Assembly (NCBI GenBank): GCA_013239625.1
Contig: MU055600.1
Span: 19,433,744-19,497,743 of the forward strand
DNA length: 64,000 nucleotides
Reading direction: 5' to 3'
From: Lama guanicoe
Taxonomy: Eukaryota
The notes under the pieces were generated by a model. It was given only the letters and a program-made list of their open reading frames with translations. It was not told where the DNA came from and searched no databases. Shown one piece after another: positions 25,522-36,330 of the stretch (position 1 is the stretch's first letter; each line of letters starts with the position of its first letter). Made by a program: the position numbers and the translations under genes.

Positions 25522-25852
25522 GCCACCATGCTGTGAGAAGCCCAAGCCACATGAAGAGGCCATGAGAAGGCATGACAGTCAATAGCCCCACCTGAGCTCC
25601 CCGTGTCAACTGCCAGCCACCTGGGTGAGCCCTCCTGGGCACTCAGCACAGAAAACCCCAGCTCCAGCCGCTGACCGCAGTGCCTGAGGGGTGCCCAGTG
25701 AGCCCCACTGAGCGGAGCCCAATCAACCCCCAGAATAAGAATTGTGTCTGAAACCACTGTTTGGGAGACGTGTTTGGGGGGTGCCAGAACACGCATGATG
25801 TTCTTTCACTGAAGGATCTGTTCCCATAATATTAAGTTCCCATGAATAGTAC

Positions 25853-26006
25853 TGTAGCTCCTTGCTGCTCAAAGCTTGAGGACCACCTGGAAGCTTGTTA
25901 CAAATGCAGAATTGCATCCCCATCTCAAATTTACTAAGCTGGAGTCTGCACTTTAACAAGAGCCCCTGATGAGTTGAGTGTGCATTAAAGTTTAAGAAGC
26001 ACTGCT
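25853..26006. mobile_element. MER5-like hAT-Charlie MITE
   Basis: CTTGTTACAAATGCAGAATT...TCTGCACTTTAACAAG...TTAAAGTTTAAGAAGCACTG. Confidence 0.7.
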
Positions 26007-26599
26007 GAAGCAAATATTGACTATACTCTGCCCAGCTCCCCTTGGATCCTTAATTGCCCTTGGGTTACTGGAGCTGTTCTGTCTGTACATGCAGGCAGCC
26101 AGAAGTGTCTGGGAGTTCGTGTCCCCTGGGGCAGCCCACACAGTGACTTAGTAGTATGGCGGTACGAAAGCCTGGCTCTCTGTCCTCAAGGCAGAACAAA
26201 CTTTAAGGTGTAATTTCTCCAGAGCTGTCCAGGATGGGTCTGAGACTGCAGTCCCGCTTCACCTCCTCCTCTTCCCCGTTCTGATCCCCCCATTCCCTTC
26301 CCAATTCCTCTTAGGAGTGCCTCCTTACTAAGTCTCTTGCACGTGACCCCTCATCTCAGAGTGTGCAACAGATACCTAACAGGAGAGCATTTCAGCCAGT
26401 CAGGACTTGGCATTGCCCTACCCCATCCCAGACACACAGGTAGTAGATGTTGGCTGACATATTAGAACAGATGGGATCACGTAGGGTAAAATGGGTGGAG
26501 GCCAAAAGAAGGCAATGAGCGTAGCCGACTCTTGAAGAACTTTGCTATCAGGGGAACTTAAAAAAAAAAAGATACAGGAACTGGAGAGAAATGAAAATT

Positions 26600-26900
26600 G
26601 TGTTAATTATATTGCTGTACAACCCATAACTTCAAAACTTGGCAACTTAAAACAACAGACATTTATTATCTCACTCGGTTCCCTAGGATCAGGAATTCCT
26701 CAGGGTGGTCCTGGCTCACAGTCTCTCATGAGGTTGCAGCCAAGATGTCAGCCAGGGCTGCATTCTCATCTGAAGGCATGTCTCGGGCTGGAGGACCTGC
26801 TTCTAAGCTCACTCACATGGCCGCTGGCTGGAGGTTTCAGTTCCTCCTCTTGGACCTCTCCACAGGGTTGCTTGTGACCTTGCTTCCCCCAGGGTGAGTG
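26600..26900 (-). mobile_element. MaLR MLT1 LTR fragment
   Basis: AACTTAAAACAACAGACATTTATTATCTCAC...CTCTCATGAGGTTGCAGCCAAGATGTCAGCCAGGGCTGCA. Confidence 0.7.
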
Positions 26901-27646
26901 CTGAGAGAGACAGGTGTCCGTACATGTGTAGGCAGGAATCGGGAAGGACACACTGTTAACAGTTGGTAAACATCCTTAACTCTTAGGAGTGGGGTTGAGG
27001 AGCGTGGGACTGTGGGAATAATGGAGACAGACTTCCACTTTGTATGCTTCTGAATTCCTTCTGTCGTTTTATAACATTAAAGGAGAAAGTTTAAATGAAT
27101 TGCCAATAGTTGCTAATGGATAAAGCTAAGTCCACTGCAAATATAACCATGAGAAGAAGAAATGACAAGCATAGAAAACTGAAATGGGGTCATAAAAAAA
27201 TATAGGGGTGATAAAAAAAGATGTGGATGATTTCAGAGGCATGTATCTGTCCCAAGTAGAATGTCTGGAAGCACATTGTGAGCTCTGGAATTGCTGCTGA
27301 CCCCAGGGCAAATGAGAGTTCCTACGTCCACTAAGAAAGCCCAAAGCATCCTGGGAAACTCCTTTCCCTCTTGTTTGCTCTCCTCATCACAGGGGGACTT
27401 CGGCTCTGACCAGCTCTGCCTGGCCTGCTTTCACCAGCTGCCTGTCTGGGGACTGACTACAGGCTTCCTGGTCTGTAAACCCCTCAGATCCAAACATCTC
27501 CTGCTTCCTGCAGCACGTTTGCCCTGGATGTAGGGTCTCAATTCCTCCAGCAGACGCAACAGCCGAAACAATTCAGCCTCAGGCTTTCGCATCAGCCCCT
27601 AAGAGTCAAGACAGGAAAATGGTTTAGTCTCCGTTCCAGAGATACA

Positions 27647-27661
27647 CCCGCCCTCTGCAGG
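27647..27661 (-). promoter_or_regulatory. Candidate CTCF site
   Basis: Minus strand reads CCTGCAGAGGGCGGG. Confidence 0.35.
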
Positions 27662-27866
27662 TGGCCCTGTCAGAGAAGTAGCCACATTCCATGAGTTCGG
27701 GGGGCAAAGAAGCCCCCTTCAGCCTGACCCCCTCGCCCAGGAGTGTCTGGAGGGGATGCTCAAACAGAGACTGAAAAAGCCTGTGGGGTTGGATTCAGCC
27801 TGCTGGTTTCTGGTGCCCTTAGACAGAGGCAAGAGTGGCCGCTACCCAGGGTCCCTTGACTTAGAG

Positions 27867-28126
27867 CAGTGCTCTGAGAAGTGTGGTCTGTGGGCCAGTG
27901 CCTGGCCACAAACGGTCTGTTACTGGTTCTTGACGAGTACACACTGAAACCGAGAGCAACTTATGTCTGTGGAATCTTTAAAAATTTATCCTTATATTTT
28001 GTGTGGATTTTTTAATTTCATTTTTCTAGGGATTTCTTTTTATTGGATTTTTACAAAAGAATTGGTTTGAATTGGACTGGAAAATTAAAAACCGATCCTG
28101 AACCACAGAAATTTTTCAAAGCCCTG
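27867..28126. mobile_element. hAT-Charlie MITE (MER119-like)
   Basis: CAGTGCTCTGAGAAGTGTGGTCTGTGGGCCAGTGCC...AACCACAGAAATTTTTCAAAGCCCTG with degenerate CAG...CTG termini. Confidence 0.5.
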
Positions 28127-28691
28127 CTTTAGAAGGTCCCGCCCATCACAAATACACAAAAAATAAATCAATTAAGGAGCACTTGGGATCTGGTGCTCAG
28201 CACGGGCACAGCATAGCCTGCAGGTGACAACACCGTTCAGGCCCCAGGAAACACGCGGCCTTGTGCCCTCCTCACAAAAAGCAACCGTGTCTGAATGTCA
28301 CAGAGGTTTCTGGGCTGTGCTTCTACTGGCACCGGAGACAGACACTGCTTCAGAGCAAGAGGAGGATTTGAGTGGCAGAAGCACTTAGGTAAGGAAAAAA
28401 AAGACAAATTAATTAACTTGTCAAATCCTTTTTCTCAGGTAGCATGAATACAGTAGCTCCTTGCAGGGTGAAGCACTGTTTCCCCACAGGGCCATATGTC
28501 CATTTTCCGGCTTCTCTTTGTGCTCCAGTTTGTGGTCCAAGGAGTCCTCATGAATTAATGTGGTATTGACAGTTGCACATGGTGGCTGAGGAACATTCTG
28601 CACTTCATTTTACCTTTAAAACTGCATATATGTTGAGCATAAATGATGCTAGTTCTTCCTATTGCTGCATGAATCTAGATACTACTTCTAT

Positions 28692-28780
28692 GGTGAGGAG
28701 GGTGTGTAGCTCAGCGGTAGAGCACGTGCTTAGCATACAAGAGGTCCTGGGTTCAATCCCCAGCACCTCTATTAAAAAAA
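28692..28780 (+). mobile_element. Short camelid SINE (tRNA-Ala-like head only)
   Basis: GTAGCTCAGCGGTAGAGCACGTGCTTAGCATACAAGAGGTCCTGGGTTCAATCCCCAGCACCTC, A tail, TSD-like TAGATACTACTT / TAGGTATTACTT. Confidence 0.85.
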
Positions 28781-28799
28781 TAAGAAGTAGGTATTACTT

Positions 28800-29505
28800 T
28801 AAGAGATGGTGAAATTTACCATGTGAGAAGTAGAAATTTATGTTGTGAAATTTAAATATTTGGTAATGTCTTCTGCAACAATGATCATTTATCTTACACA
28901 ACTACATCAAAATATTTGAACAGGAAGTGCACGATTCATGGTTCACTTCCAAATTTAAATCTTGTTTTTAAGATTTTGGTGACAATCCCACCAATTACTG
29001 GTACATTCTCCAAATTGAAATGAATTTTTTAATTATCTAAGAATCACATTGATTTTAAGAAGATAGTCTAATTTGTCATCATTTTCAATAGAATGTAAAC
29101 TGTGTTCAATAGAATAAAAAATTTGATTGTAACAACATAAAGAACTTTGAAATAAGGAAAGCAAGAAAAATGAACTTAATGAAAAGATACATAATAATTC
29201 ATGAGTTACGTATATCTTGATTTTATTACTTATCTAAATAGCAGCAGCCAATCAACAGAATATCCAAATATGTGCAAAAACAGTTAAATCCTGTCGTCTG
29301 TCCTGGCGTACCAACTTTCATTCGTACAAAAGCACTTTAGGTTGAGTGTTAACGTGTTTCACTTTAACATTTTCTGATCTCATGAAGGTGTAGTTTTCAA
29401 GGTAAGAGAACAGAATCTTCTATCTAATAGTTTGTGGGCTTTGTTTATCATTTTAAATATTTACCCCTATGTTACCTGGGCCTCCATTTTGTATAGAGGC
29501 CTGTT
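28800..29505 (-). mobile_element. hAT-Tip100 (Arthur/Zaphod-like) DNA transposon fossil
   Basis: Reverse complement of the right end reads AATGGAGGCCCAGGTAACATAGGGTAAATATTTAAAATGATAAAC, resembling a Tip100-family subterminal region; AT-rich interior, may extend left to ~28200. Confidence 0.5.
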
Positions 29506-30189
29506 AAGAGCTGCCCTTCCTGAGCTAGGCTGGGGCTGCCCAGCTGACTAGAGGTTAGTGAGTTCACGTCACACTTTAATTCACTTGAGAGAGCGGGAGA
29601 GAGGGCATCCGGTGGATGGAGACGTGACTTGAACACAAACATCAGAGGGACACGTGACTTTTAGATAATAATTATTAGCAATTGATCTCATGCCTCATTT
29701 ATTCTTTAACTAGTAGAGATTTTTGCCTGGCTTTGGCTTAAGAAAACCACCGTGGGTGTGACTGACAGCAGGTATCCCTAAGGGCCACCTCCGTGATTCT
29801 TCTTTGGTGGTGTCCCTTCTTTGGTCCCGGAGGGACAGGATCCGAGCCCTTCTGAGAGAGGACCCCTCTGCCCCAGATGGTGACGCCTCCAGATCCTGCT
29901 CTGGAATCAATGCTGCTGGTCAAGGACAGGAGGAAGGGGGCTTCTCATTGTCCGGAAGAGCCCACCCTGCCCCACACAGAAGGTAGAGACATCCTGCGGC
30001 CTGGAAGATCACCATGTATCCCGGGGCCTCTGGACTGCGGGCCCCGCGGGGAAGCATCCTCACTCACACCGCTCCTCGGCTGGGAGGCATTGGCCTTGTT
30101 CGCAGGGTGTGCGCGTGTGTCCACACACAGGCGCTGTGCCCGTGCCCCTGCGATCAATACACACCCTTGTACTGGGCTCTGGGGTGATG

Positions 30190-31760
30190 CTTCCATGTCT
30201 CTGGAATGAGTTCCCTGGAGTGGGATTGATAGGTCAAAGGGCATATGTATTTTTAATTTTAATGGATTTTTCCAGATTGATTTCCAAAAAGCCTGTAATA
30301 ATTTACATCTCCACCAGCAATGATTAAGTGCAAACTTTTCCCCCCACATGCGATAGGTGTGGAAGACCTTTTTAATCTTGCCAGCCTGAAGGGTGCAAAC
30401 TCGTATCTCATCACCACTTTAATTTACATTCTCCTGAATCCTAATGAATTTAATCATCTTTCCATACTGTTGGAATTTTCTTCTCTGACTTGCCTATTCA
30501 GATCATTTTATTTCTCCCTCCATTGGGTTGTCTTATCAATTGATAAGGGCTCTTTACATATTATAGCCTTGACTATCAGCGGCATTACAAATTTTTTCCA
30601 AATCTCATGCTTGCTCTTGACATTCCCTACAGTATCTTTTGCCATAAAGATGCTTTTAAAAATATACATACACAAGAAAAAATACCTATCTTTTTGATCC
30701 CCTGGATTTCTAGCCTTGGCTGGGAAGGTCTTCTAAACCCTAGTTTATATGAAGGCCTCTTGCCCAAATTTTTATTGAAGTATAACATTCATGTGAAGGT
30801 AGTGCACATATTTTTGTGGATCCACGAACACACTTGTTTCACAAGTGAACACACTCATGTAACCAGGACCCAGCTCAAGAAACAGAACATCCCCAGCACC
30901 CTAGAAGCTAGCCCCTTCGCGGGTCCTTCCAGTCACTACCCTCCCCAAAGTTTAGCCTCTACCTTGACTTCTAATGTCATAGGTTAGCGATGACACTTAA
31001 TTTCTTTTCCTTTTTTTTTAAATTGAAGTAGAGTCAGTTTACAATGTTGTGTTAATTTCTGGTGTACAGCATAGTGATTCAGTTATACATATATATATTC
31101 CTGTTCATATTCTTTTTCATTATAGGCCATTACAAAGTATTGAATATAGTTCCCTGTGCTATACCTTGTTTATCTATTTGATATGAAAGTTTATTTAAAC
31201 AAAATCATCCTTACATACTCTTCTGTGTCTAACTTCCTTAACTCAATATTGTGTTTGCAAGGTTCATTCATGTGGTTCACTCATTTTCATTGCTGGGCAG
31301 TATTCCTTTATATAAACATGCCACACTTTGTCTGTCTGTCTTCCTGTTGATGGACGTTTGGTCCATTCGTTGCTTCCAATTTGGGGCTATTACCAATCGT
31401 GCGGCTACGAACATTCTTGTACATAATCTGGGTGAATTTGTGTTTGCATTTCTGTTGGATATTTACCCAAGGGTGTAATTTTGGGATCACAGGATATGTG
31501 TACGTTCAGCTTTTGTAGGTATTGTCAGTTTTCCCAAGTGGCTGTAGCAATTAAGAGATGTCTTAGTTACATCCATCCTAACACTCGATATCCATCTTTT
31601 TCATAGTTTCGCCATTCTGGTGCGTTCATGCTAGTGTTACACTGTGCTTTGTCTTGCCAGATTTTTAACGTTTTCTTTTTTATGTTTTAAGCCCTTAATC
31701 CACCTAGAATTTTATTTTTTGCATATGATAAGATTGGAGTCCACTCTGACTCTATTCCAG
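30190..31760 (-). mobile_element. Composite of old L1 fragments
   Basis: Reverse L1 phrases (AATTTACATCTCCACCAGCAATG; TTCCAATTTGGGGCTATTAC) with a younger L1 3' end at ~31005-31180. Confidence 0.7.
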
Positions 31761-33489
31761 ACAAAGAGTCAGATGTGCCAGATTAAGTAATTTTTTTGCC
31801 TTGCTGTATCTTGAAGTTTAAGGAAAAGTTCGCCAGGTGGAGTGAGGTCGGGGAGAGCACTCCAGGCTGATGGAGCTGCATGAGCACAGAGGCACAAAGG
31901 GACACGATGGGGCTAAAACTGAGTGTGCGGCAGCTGGAGGCACAGAGGGGAGGCAGAGCCAGGTTTGCCGCTCTCCCCGGAGTACGCAGGCACAAGGCTG
32001 CTGTTGAAGGGGGGCACCCAAGGAGGAAGGACCCTCTCCGTTTCTGATGTTTGAGGACCTTGAGATCCTCAGTTTGAAAGGTGTGATTGTCAAAATGTCA
32101 CTTTTAGGGGAGTGCCGGCTGAGGTACTTATTAAGACCCATTACATTTTTTATTTCATTTAATCCTCACAGTGACTTTATTAGAGGGACACTGTTCACGC
32201 TGATTTACAGATGAGGCTGAGAAACATCAAGTGGTTTGCCCTCGTTCACAGCTGGTAAGAGCTGAGACTGGAACCCAGGTCTGTCTCCCTCCTGAGTTCC
32301 TGCTCTTTCTTCCAGACACACTGTTGACACCACCAGTGGACAGTGAATTGAGCTTCCAGCCACTTTCCAAACAGTGGAGCACGGGATGAAGCAGAGGTTT
32401 ATGATCATTCCTTCAGCCCCTGCAAGCAGACCCCGTTGGTGGCTGTTTTCTCTTCCCCAGTCACACTGAGTGGTTGATTTCCTGGGAAACTGAGTCACTG
32501 TTCAGGCAGCAATGGCTCCTTCAGCGAAAGGCATGCAGAGTGAGCCCGAGGTGACTGCTCGGGGCCGTGGGCAAGTTTCTGTGTCTGTAGAGAGAAGGGA
32601 GCAGCATCCCGGAGAAGCAGTGCGGTGAGAGAGACGGACAGACAAGGCTGCCTCTCTCCTCGCCCCTTTCCCATTTGACGTTCTGGGTCACAGAAGGTCC
32701 AGCTGCTCTTCTTTTCCCGACTGGGAGAGATCTCTGTGCCCTCCAGTAACTGCCCCGCACCCCCGTCCCCTGCACCGTCTTTGTTCCCCACCCCATTGAC
32801 AGGAGCATGCTGGCACTCGCACATCAGACACACGGACACACACAGGAGACACAGCAGAGCCTACCCCCCACTTAGGGGGAACTGCCTCCTGGACCAGGAG
32901 ATCCCAGAGAATCAGTCTAGCTCCAGGGTTTCCAGATTATAACACGTGAATTATTCCGCAGAGGGAAGTCACACAAATAATGAAGCAATTTCCCACCAAA
33001 GGGAAGATTTTAACTGCTCAAGATAATTGTAGAAAAGCACACTGAAATTATGAAGTGCCATCTCCCGCTATCAGATGGGCAAAGATTTAAAAGTTTGATA
33101 ATATCCAGTGTTGGTGGGGGTGTAAAGATACACCATTTGGCAAGGGAAAAAAAAAAAGGATTACAGCTTCCGAGGTAGGTGACTTGGCGATTGGCAGTGT
33201 ATGTCAGAGTGTTCCACACAGCTATCCTTATCCCCAGGGAGCCCACTCATAAAATCCTACACATATAGAGATACATAGCTATGGAAATATCACCACACTA
33301 AAATACTGATTAAGAAAGTTCATTGCAGTATTTGTTTATAATACAGAAAACTGGAAACATCTAAAAAAGTCCATCAGTAGAAAACTGGCCAAATAGGTTA
33401 AGGGTGTCCACACCATGGATTACTACTCAGCCATTTAAAGGGGTGAGGTGGACCTCTTTGGTTCTGTCATGGAAATATGTCCACAATAT

Positions 33490-33631
33490 TTTTTTTAAGT
33501 TTTTTTGTGAGGGGAGGGAGGTAATTAGGTTTATGTATTTATTTATTTTTAGAGGAGGGACTGGGGATTGAACCCAGGACCTCGTGCATGCTAAGCATCT
33601 GCTCTACCACTTGAGCTGTACGCTCCCCCCC
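33490..33631 (-). mobile_element. Camelid tRNA-derived SINE
   Basis: GGTAATTAGGTTTATGTATTT...CTGGGGATTGAACCCAGGACCTCGTGCATGCTAAGCA; ACAATAT duplicated on both sides. Confidence 0.9.
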
Positions 33632-33640
33632 TACAATATG

Positions 33641-34306
33641 TTTTTTATTGAGTTATCATTGACTTACAGTATTATATAGGTTTCAGGTGTATAACATAGT
33701 GGTTAATGTATAGTTATCGTGAAACGTTATTATAAAAGAGCATAAAATATTGGCTATATTCCTTGTATTGTACGGTATATCCTTGTAGCTTATTTATTTT
33801 ATACATAGTAGTTTGCACCTCTTAATCCCCTACCCCTTTCTTGCTCCTCCCTCTTCCCTCACACTGCTGGTAGCCACTAGTTTATTCTCTACATCTGTGA
33901 GTCTGCTTCTTTATTGTTATATTCACTAGCTTGTTTTATCTTTTTAGATTCCACATGTAAGTGATAACATACAGTATTCGTCTTTCTCTGTTTGACTCAT
34001 TCCACTTAGCATAATACCCTCCAAGTCCATTCATATTGCTGCACGTGGCAAAAGTTCACTCTTTTTTATGGCTGAGTAGTATTCCATTGTGTATATACAC
34101 ACTACATCTATATCCAGTCATCTGTTGATGGACACTTACATTGCCTCCTTGTCTCAGCTATTGCAAACAGTGCTGCTGGGAACATCAAGGCGTGTGTATT
34201 TTTCCAAATTATTGTTTTCATTTTCTTCAGATATTATGCAGGAGTGGCATGGCTGGAGTGTTGTAGTTCTATTTTCACTTTTTTGAGGAATTTCCACACT
34301 GCTTTC
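33641..34306 (-). mobile_element. L1 3' fragment
   Basis: TTTTTAGATTCCACATGTAAGTGAT...TTTTTATGGCTGAGTAGTATTCCATTGTG...TTTTGAGGAATTTCCACACTG; ACAATAT flanking duplication. Confidence 0.85.
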
Positions 34307-35399
34307 CCACAATATATTTTTTAATTGCAAAAAAGGTGAAGTACAGAAGAGCACGTTCTTTTTACCCATTTGTGCTTTTAAAAACATTTTTGTACATGCC
34401 TTGAAGGTGTCTGCGAGGTATAGAAGAAACTGTTACAGTAGGTAGCTCTGGAATTGAAGTGAGGGAGGGGGACGAGAACAGAGACTACGTTTTTTACTTA
34501 ATAACCTTCTGTACTATTTGACATTTTTACAATAAGCATAAAATAAGCATGTATTAACTATATAATAAATTATTTTAACTGAGATTTTTAAAAATGTATA
34601 TTGGGATTTCCTGTAAGATTTCACTCAGAAAAAGAAACTCCACCACTAAAAATTTTGAAGAACACAACCCTGTTGTGCAAATTGCCGGGAAAATCTGTGG
34701 AAGACTTTTTGAAATGGGGAGAAAAGTGCCTATGGAGTCCTGGGCTGGTGTGACCTTCCAGGTCGTCTGACTCTGCCGCAGCCCCTCCGGTAGTGTCTTG
34801 TAAGTTGTAGAAAACTGAAAATAACACAAATGATTCTTGTCTGCAGCAGCAAACGAATTGTGTCCAGTGGAGGTATAATTGATTTCCCTTCACTGGGAAG
34901 AAGCCACTTTTGGATCAATTAACAAATCCACTTCATTATTCCTGATTGCCAATATATGTATCTGGTCTTTGTAACTGTCCTTTGAACCAATTTTTAACAC
35001 ATCACTGGTTCCCCCATTAATTAAATAAAATCATTTTATATTTTTATGAGTTACAATTTCTCCATTTCCACAATGATCTTTTAAAAAAGTGAAGACAAGG
35101 AGGACCAGTTGAGGAAGAGATTTGCCCAGGGTTAGGTGCCTGGGGTTGCAAATACAGTGCCAATCCCCAGCCCTCAAATTTCTTGTCTATTTTACCTACA
35201 TTATCAAGTAACAAGGATTGAAATCTCTCCCAATTTGACTTGAACACTTACTCCATATAGACATGGCGTTAATTTAGAAGTGCTTTCTCACAAGTATATA
35301 TACACACACAGTCACACACGCACGAACACCTTGCTGACATGTACAAACTTCCACACAGAGGAACCCCCGCGACACACACACACACAACTGGAACCCAGG

Positions 35400-36330
35400 A
35401 GCTCTTCTGGAAAGCAGCTGAAGGTTTGGCAGCGGAGCGCTGTCCCCAACCCCAGGCCCAGCCCAGCGGAGGAAAGGGGCCGCACCCCTGCGGAGCCCGG
35501 CGCCGCCCAGGGCGCCAGGCCCCCGAGTCCCGGAGGGGGGGAGTCCAGCGAGGCTGCCCGGAGGCGGTGGCCTCTGCGCGGACGTTTGATAACCCTGGAG
35601 CCAGGACTTCAAGCCCAGACGCATTTGCACGGCGGCCGCTGGACTGAGCAGGGGAGGGGAAAGCCAGGCCTCCAAGCGCGGACCCGCGGAGCCGGTGGCG
35701 TTTGTGTCGCGCGGAAAGAGAAATCCTAGGAGACGAAGAGCCCGCGCCGGGCCTGGGCCTGGCCCGCCAGCCGGGAGCAACGCGGCCCCCGCCCCGCGCC
35801 TGCGGCTCCGGAGGTGGGCTCGCGGCGCCCCCTGCGGGCCCCGGGCCGCTCTCCCTCCGGGCGCGGACCAGCCGCGGGAGGCCGGCGGGCGCAGGAGGAG
35901 CGCCCCAGCAGGCCGGCCAGGCGGTCCGGTCCTCGGTCCCTTCCAGGCGCCGGGGCGCTCCTGCGGGTGCGTCTCGGTTCTGTGCATTCCCGAAGGTGTC
36001 GCATCCACGCATCTCCATCACCGATGGATCCCAACCACGTTCCGCAGATGAGGAAGCCGAGGTTCCAAGACGAAGCCTGATGCATCCGCGGACACGGGGG
36101 CGACTGCTGGGACCCTAAGGCCCCTCCTCACCCGTGCTCGTCTTTCCCCGCCTAGGGACCTCTTCCTTCGCCCTAGAAGGCCTACGTGTGGCCACAGACT
36201 CAACGGTTTGCGGTACCCTCTCCAGGTTTTCTCAGAGCCAGAGAGGTCGCCGGGAGCACCCTTCCTGGAACGGATTGGCAGGACTGCGGTAGGGACAGAA
36301 GAGCGTGTGGAGTGGGGTACCCTGTCTACT
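35400..36330. promoter_or_regulatory. Orphan CpG island ~9 kb upstream of ADPGK
   Basis: Very GC- and CpG-rich block between AT-rich flanks; GC box near 35786; CTCF-like motif 35822-35840; no recognisable coding exon. Confidence 0.8.
35822..35840 (-). promoter_or_regulatory. Candidate CTCF site in orphan CpG island
   Basis: Minus strand reads GGCCCGCAGGGGGCGCCGC. Confidence 0.5.

Larger units (their letters stand above)
24390..25792 (+). mobile_element. MaLR MLT1 LTR split by later insertions
   Basis: MLT1 start (CAGATTGTGCTTTCCAAAGACGGC). GAACCCAGCTAC at ~24799-24810 resumes as GCCACCATGCTGTGAGAAGCCCAAGCC at 25522. Confidence 0.65.

Noticed and set aside
28700-28770. tRNA-Ala(AGC)-like gene
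   Set aside because: The anticodon stem is broken (CGTGC/ACAAG). It has an A tail and TSD and matches the head of six other SINE copies, so it is a SINE.
35269-36118. Long overlapping ORFs (up to 250 aa) in the orphan CpG island
   Set aside because: Several frames on both strands are open, the products are low-complexity Ala/Arg/Gly/Pro, and no domain is recognisable; expected from stop depletion at high GC.
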